From Candidatus Cloacimonadota bacterium (GTDB taxonomy: Bacteria; Cloacimonadota; Cloacimonadia; G963667145), in the NCBI GenBank assembly GCA_963676615.1, contig OY781092.1:736001-800000 (forward strand): a stretch of DNA of 64,000 nt, given 5' to 3'. The notes under the pieces are model-generated. The model made no database searches. It worked only from the letters and a program-made list of their open reading frames with translations, and was not told the origin of the DNA. The number at the start of each line of letters is the position of its first letter. Positions within the stretch are counted from its first letter, which is position 1. The translations under genes and the position numbers were made by a program. Below are positions 1 through 10,251 of this stretch, piece after piece.

Positions 1-1
1 A

Positions 2-697
2 GACAGCAGCATCAAAGCGGTCGTCGTGCGGATCAACTCTCCTGGTGGCAGCGCTCTTGCCTCGCATTTAATCGCCCAGCAAGTATTAAAGTCGGCAAAA
101 GTTCCCGTCGTTGTGTCGATGGGCTCACTCGCCGCTTCTGGCGGTTACTACATCGCCTCCGCTGGCGACTACATTGTGGCTGAACCCTACACAATCACTG
201 GTTCTATCGGGGTTTTAGCCATTCTGCCGAACGCAACCAAACTTGCCCAAAAAATTGGCGTAAACTACAGCGGTCTGACTTTCGGAGAGTTCGCTGGGAG
301 CACCGACATCTTCAACCCGCAATCGCCGCAGTTAGTGTCGGCAATCCAAAAACACATCGAAAAAGTTTACCAAGAGTTTTGCGGCTGTGTCGCCAAAAAC
401 AGAAAGATGCCCATTGCTGAAGTGAAAAAACTGGCGCAAGGGAAAATCTACACCGCCACACAAGCGAAAGAGGCAAATTTAATCGACCAAGTCGGTTATC
501 TGGCGGACGCAGTGCAAAAGGCGAAAAGTTTGGCAAAAATTGACACCGCAAAGATTGTCACTTTCCCCAAAGAAAAAGAGTGGTGGAAAAATATTCTCAA
601 TAACAAAATCGCCAATTTGCCTTTCGTAAAGCTGATTTTTGAGACGAACCGCACTCTTTCCACCGAAGATATGGTGCAAGCGAGGATTTGGCTGTGA
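2..697 (+). CDS. sppA: Signal peptide peptidase SppA (S49), C-terminal part; 5' end outside window
   Basis: RINSPGGS, SMGSLAASGGYYIA and TITGSIGV motifs; frame is open from the window start. Confidence 0.92.
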   Translation, partial: DSSIKAVVVRINSPGGSALASHLIAQQVLKSAKVPVVVSMGSLAASGGYYIASAGDYIVAEPYTITGSIGVLAILPNATKLAQKIGVNYSGLTFGEFAGSTDIFNPQSPQLVSAIQKHIEKVYQEFCGCVAKNRKMPIAEVKKLAQGKIYTATQAKEANLIDQVGYLADAVQKAKSLAKIDTAKIVTFPKEKEWWKNILNNKIANLPFVKLIFETNRTLSTEDMVQARIWL

Positions 698-1632
698 GAA
701 AAATCTTTTTTGCTTTTTTGCTTGTTTGCCCGTTTTTGATATTCGCTCTAAACGAAGAGGAGTATCAAAATTTCCGCCAAACAATCGACGCTTCGCACGA
801 ACGGAGCTACTTTGCGCCAGGTTGTTTTGGCAATGTCGGCGAGTTGATTTTTGAAGGCAGAGTGGCAGACCAATATTTCATCAACTTCCAGCGAAACGCC
901 AACTGGGCAGCCGACGCCGAAATCAACATCACGATGAGAATGCTCAGCAAAAAATCTGTGCCAATCTATACCCCCAGCTACAATCCAGGCATCAACTTCT
1001 ACTACTTCGACGACGACGACGGAATCTACGGCGGCAACATCATCTACGCCCTAGGCTTCTACCATTTTTCCAACGGTCAAGCTGGCGATTATTACATCGA
1101 CAACGACCCCCAAAAAGGCATCAACTACAAAAACGGAAACTTTTCAACAAACTACATCACCATCAAATCTTTTTCCTTAAAAAGAGACGCCAAACGAGAC
1201 TACATCAAGAACATTTTCGGCGCAAAATTTAGCTACTATGTGATGACTTTTCACACTCAGCGCGCCGCTTTCCCAAAAGCACGACTGGATTTAAGCATAG
1301 AAAATGTGATCAGCGACTGGTATAAAGTTTGGAACCTTTTTGGTCGCAGCAAAAAAAAAGACAAGAACGGCGAAGAGATTTACACATTGAACAGAATAAA
1401 AGTAGATTTCGGATTTTTGTTCGGATATATGAAAGGTCACGAAGATTGGGACGACAAAATCACCTTTGAGACCACCTATTCATACAAACCCAGCTGGCTC
1501 GACGACTTCTCATTTTTTACCAGATATTACTACGGAAGCGACTACTACAACATCCATTTCAACCAAAAAATCTCGGAAATCACCATGGGCATAATGTCCG
1601 ACAACTTCAACTTTAGGGGCGATTATGATTAA
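694..1632 (+). CDS. Outer-membrane phospholipase A (OMPLA/PldA-like)
   Basis: Signal peptide; SYNPG and catalytic HFSNG (HxSNG) motif; GTG start overlaps the sppA stop (GTGA). Confidence 0.7.
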   Translation: MRKIFFAFLLVCPFLIFALNEEEYQNFRQTIDASHERSYFAPGCFGNVGELIFEGRVADQYFINFQRNANWAADAEINITMRMLSKKSVPIYTPSYNPGINFYYFDDDDGIYGGNIIYALGFYHFSNGQAGDYYIDNDPQKGINYKNGNFSTNYITIKSFSLKRDAKRDYIKNIFGAKFSYYVMTFHTQRAAFPKARLDLSIENVISDWYKVWNLFGRSKKKDKNGEEIYTLNRIKVDFGFLFGYMKGHEDWDDKITFETTYSYKPSWLDDFSFFTRYYYGSDYYNIHFNQKISEITMGIMSDNFNFRGDYD

Positions 1633-2962
1633 ACCTTCTACCGTTGCTGGCACTATGGAGCTTTTGCCGGCAAAACAAATGGCTTTCGATAAAATGTTAG
1701 CGACCATCAAAAATTGCTACAAAAGCTTTGGCTACACACCTTTGGAAACTCCCCTGCTGGAAAAATCGAGCGTTTTGCTCACCAAAAGTGGTGGAGAAAC
1801 CGAAAAGCAGATTTACTTCGCCGTGCCCACTGGCTCTCTTGCGACATTGCAAAGTAAGGAAACACCAAAATATGCGCTCAGATTTGACCTGACCGTGCCG
1901 CTGGCGCGCTATGTCGCCCAACACGAAAACGACTTGGTTTTCCCTTTCAAGCGGTATCAGGTGCAAAAAGTTTATCGCGGCGAATCTGCCCAAAAAGGGC
2001 GCTATCGCGAGTTTTATCAATGCGACGCCGACATCATCGGCAACGGAAGCCTGCCGATAGCTTACGACGCCGAACTAGTCACTCTTATCTACCGCATTTT
2101 CAACGAGTTACAAATCGGCAAATTCACAATTCAGATTAACAATCGCAAACTTTTTCAAGGCTTGTTTGAGAGCCTAAAAATAGACGACGCCTCTGCCCAA
2201 TTGGCTTTGCGAGAAATTGACAAACTGGACAAAATTGGCGAAGAAAAAGTCAAAAAAAACTTGGAAAAACTTTTAAACAGCCAGCAAATAGAAGCAATTT
2301 TTGCTTTTTTAGAGCTGAAAGACAGCTCAAATCCACGCAAAAATTTAGAAAATTTTGCTTGCGATAACAGCGTGTTTCTCGAGGGGAAAAAAGAGCTGCA
2401 AAAGATTTGGCAGATTTTGGACTGCTATCAGCTAGACTCCGCCTGTCTGAAGTTCAACCCTTGCATCGCCCGAGGCTTAGACTACTACACATCCACCGTT
2501 TTAGAAACTTTTTTGGACGAGCACCCACAAATCGGCAGCATCTGCTCTGGCGGCCGCTACGAAAATTTGGCGTCCCACTACACAAAATCGGCGCTGCCCG
2601 GAGTCGGCGTGTCTATCGGCTTCACCAGACTTTTTTACCTTTTGGACACTTTGGGGCTGATAAAAGACGCTGGCAGCTCGCCAGCAAAGGCGATGATCGC
2701 CTGCCTCGACGAAAAAATAACACCACAATACATCGAGCTCAGCAAAAAACTTTTGCAAAAAAATATCAGCAACTTTATCTATTGGCAACCGTCAAAACTG
2801 AAAAAACAGCTAAAATACGCCGATAAAATTGGCGTCGAGTTTTTGTTAATCGTCGGACAAGAAGAGCTAGACTCTGGCACAATCAACATCAAAAATATGC
2901 TCACTGGCGAGCAAAACAAGCTCAAAGTTGACGAAATTTTCCCAATTTTATGCTCGAAATAA
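1625..2962 (+). CDS. hisS: Histidine-tRNA ligase
   Basis: ALRFDLTVPLARY, GRYREFYQCDAD, RGLDYY, GGRY motifs; C-terminal anticodon-binding domain. Confidence 0.97.
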   Translation: MIKPSTVAGTMELLPAKQMAFDKMLATIKNCYKSFGYTPLETPLLEKSSVLLTKSGGETEKQIYFAVPTGSLATLQSKETPKYALRFDLTVPLARYVAQHENDLVFPFKRYQVQKVYRGESAQKGRYREFYQCDADIIGNGSLPIAYDAELVTLIYRIFNELQIGKFTIQINNRKLFQGLFESLKIDDASAQLALREIDKLDKIGEEKVKKNLEKLLNSQQIEAIFAFLELKDSSNPRKNLENFACDNSVFLEGKKELQKIWQILDCYQLDSACLKFNPCIARGLDYYTSTVLETFLDEHPQIGSICSGGRYENLASHYTKSALPGVGVSIGFTRLFYLLDTLGLIKDAGSSPAKAMIACLDEKITPQYIELSKKLLQKNISNFIYWQPSKLKKQLKYADKIGVEFLLIVGQEELDSGTINIKNMLTGEQNKLKVDEIFPILCSK

Positions 2963-3711
2963 AAGGTTTAGAGTTTGGTTATAAAAACAAAAAAATCTTC
3001 TTCGATCTAAATTTTTCGCTAAAATCGTCGGGACTTTTTTGCGTTGCGGGTCCAAACGGGGCAGGAAAATCGACCCTGCTGAAGCTAATAATCGGCTATC
3101 TTCGTCCTCAAAAAGGACAAATTCTCTATAATGGTAAAAATCTGCTCTGGCTATCGCCAGCTAGCAGAGCCAAAATTGCGAGTTTCGTCCCTCAAAAAAC
3201 GAATTTGGTTTTTGACCTTTCCACCTGCGAGTTTATCCTCAGCGGGTGCAACCCTTACCTTTTGCCCACGGACGGCTACAGCGATAAAGACATCGAAATT
3301 TGCCACAACATCGCCCAAAAATTGGGCATTGAAAATCTGTTGCAGCAAGATTTTTGCACGCTTTCTGCTGGAGAAGCGCAAAAAGCTCAAATCGCTAGAG
3401 TTCTGATCCAAAATACGCCAGTGCTTTTGCTGGACGAAACGCTCGCCCATCTGGATCTGAAGCATCAGCTAGAAACGCTGAAATTGTTGAAAAATCTTGC
3501 CAAAACCAAAATCGTCGTTTTGGTTTCGCACAACCTGAATTTGGCTCTGGAATATTCCAACGAGATTATTTTTTTGAAAAGCGGCAAAATCTTGCGACAA
3601 GGCGACCCAAGCCAAATCACGACCGAAGAACTTTTGCTGGGCGCCTACGATTGCAAATTAACTTTGGACAAAAACCAATATACAGGCAAGCCCCTGCTTT
3701 TGTTTCACTAG
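2950..3711 (+). CDS. ABC transporter ATP-binding protein (iron-chelate/cobalamin type)
   Basis: Walker A GPNGAGKST, LSAGE signature, LLLDE, HLDLKHQ. Confidence 0.88.
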   Translation: MLEIKGLEFGYKNKKIFFDLNFSLKSSGLFCVAGPNGAGKSTLLKLIIGYLRPQKGQILYNGKNLLWLSPASRAKIASFVPQKTNLVFDLSTCEFILSGCNPYLLPTDGYSDKDIEICHNIAQKLGIENLLQQDFCTLSAGEAQKAQIARVLIQNTPVLLLDETLAHLDLKHQLETLKLLKNLAKTKIVVLVSHNLNLALEYSNEIIFLKSGKILRQGDPSQITTEELLLGAYDCKLTLDKNQYTGKPLLLFH

Positions 3712-3718
3712 GATTATA

Positions 3719-4465
3719 TTATTTCAAGAAGTCAAAATCCAAAAAATTTGTTTCCCAAAACCAAGGTTTATAACCAAAAGTGAGCCAAACAGTTTGATTG
3801 TGAAATGTTTTGCCTTCCAAAAACGCATTTTCCGAATTTACATAAATATCTTTGATACCGTAATCGTAGCGCAATTCGCAAAAATATTCTTCTTTTAGAT
3901 CGGCTCCAACTCCCAAAATAAGCCCAAAATCGTAATTATCTATCTGCGACAAATCGCCTTGCGAGCCGCCGCCTAAGCTACTATTGGAAACATACGACGC
4001 AGAAACCAAATACGAAAATTGTAGTCCACCAAAGCCGTAAAATCTGGATGTTTCCCGACGATCAGTTCCGTAATAAAACAAAAATGGAAACTCAAGATAG
4101 TTCAACACTATATCGTTGGTGATGTTGGCGACCTCGCCCATAGATGCAATCAGCTCTTGCCGCCTAGCCCGAAATCCTTTGCGAGCGAACAAAATCTCAA
4201 GCCTCAAAAAAATGTTTTTCCCGAAAGGTCGTTCAGCTAAACCTCCCAGAGCAAAGGAAAATTTGTTTTCCATATTGGCGTTCATATCCGACGAACTGGC
4301 AAAAGAGCCTCCGCCTGCTCCAAAAACACCAACCCTTAGCGGCTTTCTTTTGTAATATCTTACATAGCTGGTTTCTTTTGATGTCTGCGCCTTATTTTTG
4401 CCAGTTTCTGCCGCAAAAGAGAGTGCGAAAATCAACAGAAAAAGAAAAAAAAACTTTAGCTTCAT
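3719..4465 (-). CDS. Outer-membrane beta-barrel protein (PorT/OMP_b-brl_2-like)
   Basis: Signal peptide; LNYLEFP, GGLQFSYL, DFGLILGVG and ELRYDYG patterns. Confidence 0.7.
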   Translation of the reverse strand: MKLKFFFLFLLIFALSFAAETGKNKAQTSKETSYVRYYKRKPLRVGVFGAGGGSFASSSDMNANMENKFSFALGGLAERPFGKNIFLRLEILFARKGFRARRQELIASMGEVANITNDIVLNYLEFPFLFYYGTDRRETSRFYGFGGLQFSYLVSASYVSNSSLGGGSQGDLSQIDNYDFGLILGVGADLKEEYFCELRYDYGIKDIYVNSENAFLEGKTFHNQTVWLTFGYKPWFWETNFLDFDFLK

Positions 4466-5979
4466 ACCCTTTTTTCTCCTTTAATAAAAAACACCGAAAC
4501 CAAAATTGCAACAACTCCCATACCTATCAAAAGGCTAAAGCTGTCCAAAAACGAGAGATAAGCGGCCTGCTGTTTAACCAAATCTTGAGCTATTTTTAAA
4601 ATCTCTATATCGCCAATTCCTGCAAACTTTGCCGAAAAATCGACAAAATTTTGTTGAAAATTACTGATGTTTTCCGCCAAATATTTTGTGTGAACTTTTT
4701 CCCCTCTAGCGACAACGGTTTGCACTATTGCAAGACCAACGCTTCCACCAATTGTCCTGATTAAACCAAGCATTCCCGTGGCTTGACCTAGCATTTTATC
4801 GGGCACATTTTGCACCGACATTATCATCACCGGCACCATCATAAATCCAATCGAAACAGAAAAAATCATCCGATAGTGAATAATCGACGACATTCCCATA
4901 CCCAAAGTGAACCTTGTCCTCATCAAATATACAGACAAAATAAAAACCGCGATTCCAAAAAGCAAAAGCTGTTTTTTGTAGAGAGTATTGCCCACAAGCA
5001 CACTTGCCATAGGCATCGCCACAAGAGAAACGGTCGTTGCGGCACTGACCACCAAGCCAGAAGTCATCGGCGAGTAGCCAAGCAAATCTTGCATATACAA
5101 AGGCAAAATAAGGTTTACGCCGTAGATGAAAAATCCCAAAATGAACAAAACCACCACAGAGGAGGCAAAATTGGGAAATTTAAACAGCCGCAGGTTTAAA
5201 ATAGGGTCTTTGCTTCTTAGCTCCCAAAAAATTGTAAATCCCAAACAGACCACAGCCAACACAGTTAAAGTTATGATAAAATCAGACTCGAACCAGTTTT
5301 TGCTTTGCCCCTGATCCAACAAAATTTGCAAACTGGAGATGCCAACCATCAAAAACGACAAACCGACAGTGTCAAATGCGGGCTTCTGCTTGCTGTCTTT
5401 CAAGGGCTTTTCTCTATCGTAAAGGAACAGATAAACCAAAGCGATGCTGACTATCAAAATCGGAAGATTTATGTAATACACTAGCCGCCAGTCGTAGTTT
5501 TCCGAAAGCCAGCCACCCACAAAAGGTCCACACGCAGGAGCGACGACCAAGCCCATCGAATAGATGCCCATTGCCAAAGATTTTGCCCTTGTGCTATAGG
5601 AAAATTCACTTAGCAAAATCGCCTGCGCCACGGGCAAAATTCCGCCTCCACCAACGCCTTGGATAATCCTTGCTATCAAGTAAAATTCAAATGTAGTCGC
5701 AGCGCCAGACAACATTGAGCCTACACCAAAAACGCAAATAGAGATTAACATAAAAAGTTTTCTGCCCAAAAAATCGGCACACCAGCCAGATATCGGCAAA
5801 ATTATCGCACTAGCCACCAAAAAAGCTGTAATCCCCCAGCTGCTTTGACTAGTATCGATAGAAAATGTCGCTGTCAACTGCGGTAAAATCACATTGGAAA
5901 CGCTCGAATCCAAAAGCTCCATAAAAGAAGGGAGCATAATCAAAAAAATAAGCAAAACAGGATTTATCTTGGGTCTCAT
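4462..5979 (-). CDS. emrB: DHA2-family MFS multidrug efflux permease (EmrB-like)
   Basis: FMELLDSSVSNV, RIIQGVGGG, GPFVGGWL, WRLVYYINLP; about 14 TM segments. Confidence 0.88.
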   Translation of the reverse strand: MRPKINPVLLIFLIMLPSFMELLDSSVSNVILPQLTATFSIDTSQSSWGITAFLVASAIILPISGWCADFLGRKLFMLISICVFGVGSMLSGAATTFEFYLIARIIQGVGGGGILPVAQAILLSEFSYSTRAKSLAMGIYSMGLVVAPACGPFVGGWLSENYDWRLVYYINLPILIVSIALVYLFLYDREKPLKDSKQKPAFDTVGLSFLMVGISSLQILLDQGQSKNWFESDFIITLTVLAVVCLGFTIFWELRSKDPILNLRLFKFPNFASSVVVLFILGFFIYGVNLILPLYMQDLLGYSPMTSGLVVSAATTVSLVAMPMASVLVGNTLYKKQLLLFGIAVFILSVYLMRTRFTLGMGMSSIIHYRMIFSVSIGFMMVPVMIMSVQNVPDKMLGQATGMLGLIRTIGGSVGLAIVQTVVARGEKVHTKYLAENISNFQQNFVDFSAKFAGIGDIEILKIAQDLVKQQAAYLSFLDSFSLLIGMGVVAILVSVFFIKGEKRV

Positions 5980-5986
5980 AAAAAAA

Positions 5987-6931
5987 TTAGCGTTTCACCC
6001 TTACTTTAGCCGTTACGGACATTCCCAAAAAGATATTCAAGCTATCAACTTTTTTTGCATCTTCAAAAACGATTTTTACTGGCACTCTTTGCACAACTTT
6101 CACAAAATTCCCGCTGGCGTTTTGTGGCGGTAAAAGCGAGAAAACAGAGCCTGTGCCTGCCTGAAAGCTTTGCACTTTTCCCAAAAATTTCTCGTCTGGA
6201 TACGCATCAACAGAAATTTCCACTTCGTCTGCCAAACGCATATTTTCGATTTGGGTCTCCTTAAAATTCGCCACTACCCATTTCTTTTCGGAAACCAACG
6301 AACAAAAAGGAACTCCTTGCCGAACAAAACTGCCTTTGGAAAGGGCTGATTTGGTAATAACGCCATCTTGCGGAGCGTTAATCACGGTGTAGGAAGAGTC
6401 GAGCCTTGCTTGCCGCAGAGCGACCTCCGCCAGAGCGATTTTATCATCAATTTCGTTTAACTTTATTTTTTTTGCAGCCACAGCTTCGCTCAAAACCTCT
6501 ACTTTGGTTTTTTGTCCATCAAGAGTTGCTTTGGCTAAACCACCTTTTTTAGCAATATTTTCGTATCTCCTTAAATTTTTTGCCGCATTATCTAGCTGAG
6601 CTTGCTGCGCCTGCAGCCCGCGCCTCAGCTCTTCTCGCAGCTCAATCGCCAAATTTTTCTCAAGAGTTGCCTTTTCCAAAGCCAAAACAAAAAGAGATTG
6701 ATCGATTATCAAAATTGTATCTCCTTTGGCGACTTTTTGATTGTTCTCCACTTTTAAATCCACAATATGCCCAGAAACATTTGCCACCAAACTTATCGGG
6801 TTGCCCGTGACAAAAGCGTCGTCTGTAGATTCGTAGAGCGAGTGCTCCCAAAGATACCAGCCAACTATCGCCGCAACCACCAAAACCATCGCCAAAAGCC
6901 ACATTTTTTTCTTGTTAGATATTTTTCCCAC
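5987..6931 (-). CDS. emrA: HlyD/EmrA-family membrane fusion protein
   Basis: ESTDDAFV, VVANFKETQI, FSLLPPQNASGNFVKVVQRVPVKI. Confidence 0.92.
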   Translation of the reverse strand: MGKISNKKKMWLLAMVLVVAAIVGWYLWEHSLYESTDDAFVTGNPISLVANVSGHIVDLKVENNQKVAKGDTILIIDQSLFVLALEKATLEKNLAIELREELRRGLQAQQAQLDNAAKNLRRYENIAKKGGLAKATLDGQKTKVEVLSEAVAAKKIKLNEIDDKIALAEVALRQARLDSSYTVINAPQDGVITKSALSKGSFVRQGVPFCSLVSEKKWVVANFKETQIENMRLADEVEISVDAYPDEKFLGKVQSFQAGTGSVFSLLPPQNASGNFVKVVQRVPVKIVFEDAKKVDSLNIFLGMSVTAKVRVKR

Positions 6932-7055
6932 AAATCCTCCCTATTGTTTGCAAATAATAAAAATCTCCTTTTTTTGTCAAAAAAACTTTTTCCTTGCCAA
7001 TACAATAACCTTTTTTTTTATTGCCAGTAAATTTACAAATATTCAAGGAGAGAAT

Positions 7056-10000
7056 ATGAACATAGTTGGAAAAAAAGTCGTTCGACTGGACGGTTACGAA
7101 AAAGTGACTGGAAAAGCCATCTACGGAGATGACATACAGCTCAAAGATATGCTCTATATGGCGCAAAAGTACACAGACACACCTTGCGGAAAAATCAAAT
7201 CTATCGATATTAGCAAGGCGGAAAAGCTGGACGGTGTTGTAAAAATTGCTCTTCACAAAGATGTTATCGGCAAAGACCAAATCGGTCCAATTCGCCAAGA
7301 TCAGTATGTCCTTTGCAAAGACAGGGTTTACTATTCTGGCGATGTTGTGGCGATTGTCAGCGCTATCAGCAAAAAAATTGCCAATCTCGCCGCAGATTTG
7401 ATCGAAGTTGAATATGAGGCAGAACAAGGCGTTTACGACATTACCGAGTCGGCAAAAGACGAAAAACTCGTCCGCCCAGAGTATAAGACAAATGTGGTGG
7501 TGCACTATCCGCTCCGCAAAGGCGATGTGGAAAAAGGGTTTTCTGCCAGCGACCAAGTCATCGAAAGGGAGTACAAAACTGGCTTCCACGAGCATGGCTA
7601 TATCGAGACAGAGAGCCTCGTGGCTGTGCCAGATCCAACTTGCAAAGGCGTGAAAGTTTACGGCTCAATCCAAAATCCACACACAACCAGACGAGAGGTC
7701 GCAAAATTTTTGGGACTCGGCTTGAACCAAGTGGACATCCGCTGTTCAAACCTCGGCGGCTCCTTTGGCGGCAAAGACGACACCGTAAACTCCGTTGCTT
7801 GCCGTGTGGCGATGCTCGCTTTTTTGACGGGCAAACCGCACAAAATCAGCCTCTCTCGCGAAGAGTCGATGAAAGAAAGCTACAAAAGACACCCATACAA
7901 TATGAAATACAAGGTCGGTTTCAACGACGACGGCAAAATCAACTCGATGGAAATCGACATTTTGGCGGATTCTGGCGCTTACTCTGCCCAAAGTTTTTTC
8001 GTGACTTGGCGCTCTGTTGTGCAAGCCACAGGTCCATACGAAATCGACAATGTCAAAACTGACATCAGAGCGGTTTACACCAATAACACCTACACCGCGG
8101 CGTATCGCGGCTTCGGCTCTCCACAAGTAATCTTTGCGCAAGAGTCTTTGATGGACGAAATCGGTCAACTTTGCGGACTCTCTCCACTGGAAATCAGAGC
8201 CAAGAACGGCTACAAGCAAGGATCAATCACCGCTTCTGGACAAATTTTGGACAAGCACATCGTCTCGCTGAAAGAGGTCATCGAAAAAGCGACCGACGAT
8301 ATGCAATACGAGAAAAAAGTTAAAGAGTATCAAGAGTTTAACAAAACCAGCAAACGCTACAAAAAAGGCGTCGGACTGGCTTGCTCGTTCCGTGGATGTG
8401 CACTGGGCGCCGAAGGAACAGACGCAACTTCTGCAATCGTCTCTGTTCAACAAGACGGCACAGGCTATGTCTGGACTGGCTTGAACGAGAACGGACAAGG
8501 TCTTCGCACAACATTTTCACAAGTTGCAGCCGAGAGTCTTGGAATGAAATACGAGAAGATGCACTTTTTAGAGCCATCGACGGCTGCCATCAACGACGGC
8601 GGGCCGACTGTGGCTTCTCGTGGCACGATTATGGGCGGAAACGCTGTGCTGGACGCCACTGCTAAAATTAAGCAAAGAATTTTTGAGGCGAACAAAGAGG
8701 CTTTGGGCGTTGAGAGCATCGAAGAAACGACCTGGGAAAACGATATGATTTGCGGAAAGAACAACATCAAGTTTGCCGACGCCTGCACAAAAGCTTATTT
8801 CGACGGCTACAACCTCAGCGCATACGGCTGGTATAACGCTCCCAATGTTTCTTGGGACGAAGAGACTGGACAAGGAAACGCCTATTTCACCTATGTTTAC
8901 GGCTGCCAAGTGGCTGATCTGACCGTCGATACGCACACTGGAAAAATCGTGGTTAACAAAGTTTCTGCGGCGCACGATGTGGGCAAAGCGATTAACCGTT
9001 TGGGACTCGAGGGTCAAATCTACGGCGGCGTCACCCAAGGTATGGGTTATGGCGTTCTGGAGCATTACAACATCCAAAACGGCGTGGTGAAATCGAAAAA
9101 CTTGGACGAGTATATTTTGCCGACGATTAAGGACATCAAAGAAATTTCGCCGATTATCGTGGAAAATCCCGACGCTGTGGGTCCATATGGCGCAAAGGGC
9201 ATCGGAGAGCCATCGCTTGAGCTTGGTGCCGCCTGTATCGCCAACGCTTTTTGCAACGCCACTGGCAAAAGAAGCTACGAGATTCCCCTTACTTTGGAAA
9301 AAGTTTTCTTGGACAAGCAACTGGTGAAGCCAGAGCGCGCCAGCGAAGCTCACAAAAGCAACAAAGATGTCAAAGACATCATCGCCAATGTGACGACCCT
9401 CAATCCAAAAGATCTCAAAGATGCTTGTCAAATGCTTTTGAGTAGCGACGACACGCAAATCATCGCCGGCGGAACCGATGTGATTATCGAACTTCGCGGC
9501 AAACAAACTCCAACGACTTTGGTTAATATCGACCAACTTCCTGAATTAAAAGGAGTTAGCGAGAAAAACGGCGAAGTTATCATCGGCGCTAACCAAAAAA
9601 TCGACGAGATAAAAAACGATGCGCTCGTGCAAAAACATTTCCCAGCTTTGGTCGAGGCTATCTCCACCATCGGCGCAAAACAGACCAGAGTAAGAGGCTC
9701 TATCGCAGGAAACATCGCCAACGCATCGCCTTCTGCAGACAGCTTGCCACCACTTGTTGCCTACGGTGCAAAAGTTCTGCTCTTCGACGGCAAAAGCCAG
9801 CGGGAGCTGACTGTGGATGAGTTCATCACTAGCGGCTACAAAACGCAAATCAAAAAAGGCGAAATCATCAAGAGCGTCGTCCTGCCAATTCCAAGCAAAA
9901 AATACGACTACTCCTACTTCCAACTGGGAAGAAGGGGCGCTGTAAACATCTCGCGTCTTTCGCTACTAACGATGTGCGCCAAAAGCGGCGACGGCTCTAT

Positions 10001-10226
10001 CGACGAGATCATCATCAGCTGTGGAGCGTTGTTTGTCAAAGCGTGCAGATTGCAAGAGATTGAAAAAATGCTCGTCGGCAAAAAACTGGACGCAGCGTTA
10101 ATCGAAAAAGCCGAAGAGTGTCTGGACAAAATTATCGAAGAGCAAATCGGCGGCAGATGGTCTAGCGAATACAAAAAGCCAGTTTTCATCAATCTGTTCA
10201 AAGACAGCTTGGAAAAATTCATCTAA
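7056..10226 (+). CDS. Xanthine dehydrogenase-family molybdopterin subunit fused to a C-terminal FAD-binding subunit
   Basis: KVTGKAIY, GGSFGGK, AYRGFG, KGIGEP (Mo part), then IAGGTD, RGSIAGNIANASPSAD (FAD part); ATG 7056 preceded by AAGGAG. Confidence 0.9.
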   Translation: MNIVGKKVVRLDGYEKVTGKAIYGDDIQLKDMLYMAQKYTDTPCGKIKSIDISKAEKLDGVVKIALHKDVIGKDQIGPIRQDQYVLCKDRVYYSGDVVAIVSAISKKIANLAADLIEVEYEAEQGVYDITESAKDEKLVRPEYKTNVVVHYPLRKGDVEKGFSASDQVIEREYKTGFHEHGYIETESLVAVPDPTCKGVKVYGSIQNPHTTRREVAKFLGLGLNQVDIRCSNLGGSFGGKDDTVNSVACRVAMLAFLTGKPHKISLSREESMKESYKRHPYNMKYKVGFNDDGKINSMEIDILADSGAYSAQSFFVTWRSVVQATGPYEIDNVKTDIRAVYTNNTYTAAYRGFGSPQVIFAQESLMDEIGQLCGLSPLEIRAKNGYKQGSITASGQILDKHIVSLKEVIEKATDDMQYEKKVKEYQEFNKTSKRYKKGVGLACSFRGCALGAEGTDATSAIVSVQQDGTGYVWTGLNENGQGLRTTFSQVAAESLGMKYEKMHFLEPSTAAINDGGPTVASRGTIMGGNAVLDATAKIKQRIFEANKEALGVESIEETTWENDMICGKNNIKFADACTKAYFDGYNLSAYGWYNAPNVSWDEETGQGNAYFTYVYGCQVADLTVDTHTGKIVVNKVSAAHDVGKAINRLGLEGQIYGGVTQGMGYGVLEHYNIQNGVVKSKNLDEYILPTIKDIKEISPIIVENPDAVGPYGAKGIGEPSLELGAACIANAFCNATGKRSYEIPLTLEKVFLDKQLVKPERASEAHKSNKDVKDIIANVTTLNPKDLKDACQMLLSSDDTQIIAGGTDVIIELRGKQTPTTLVNIDQLPELKGVSEKNGEVIIGANQKIDEIKNDALVQKHFPALVEAISTIGAKQTRVRGSIAGNIANASPSADSLPPLVAYGAKVLLFDGKSQRELTVDEFITSGYKTQIKKGEIIKSVVLPIPSKKYDYSYFQLGRRGAVNISRLSLLTMCAKSGDGSIDEIIISCGALFVKACRLQEIEKMLVGKKLDAALIEKAEECLDKIIEEQIGGRWSSEYKKPVFINLFKDSLEKFI

Positions 10227-10251
10227 TCTTTAATCGCCAAAGGAGAAAAAA

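Noticed and set aside
6912..7055. 48-codon N-terminal extension of the xdh ORF in the track
   Set aside because: Overlaps the emrA start and divergent promoters; the real start is ATG 7056 with an AAGGAG RBS
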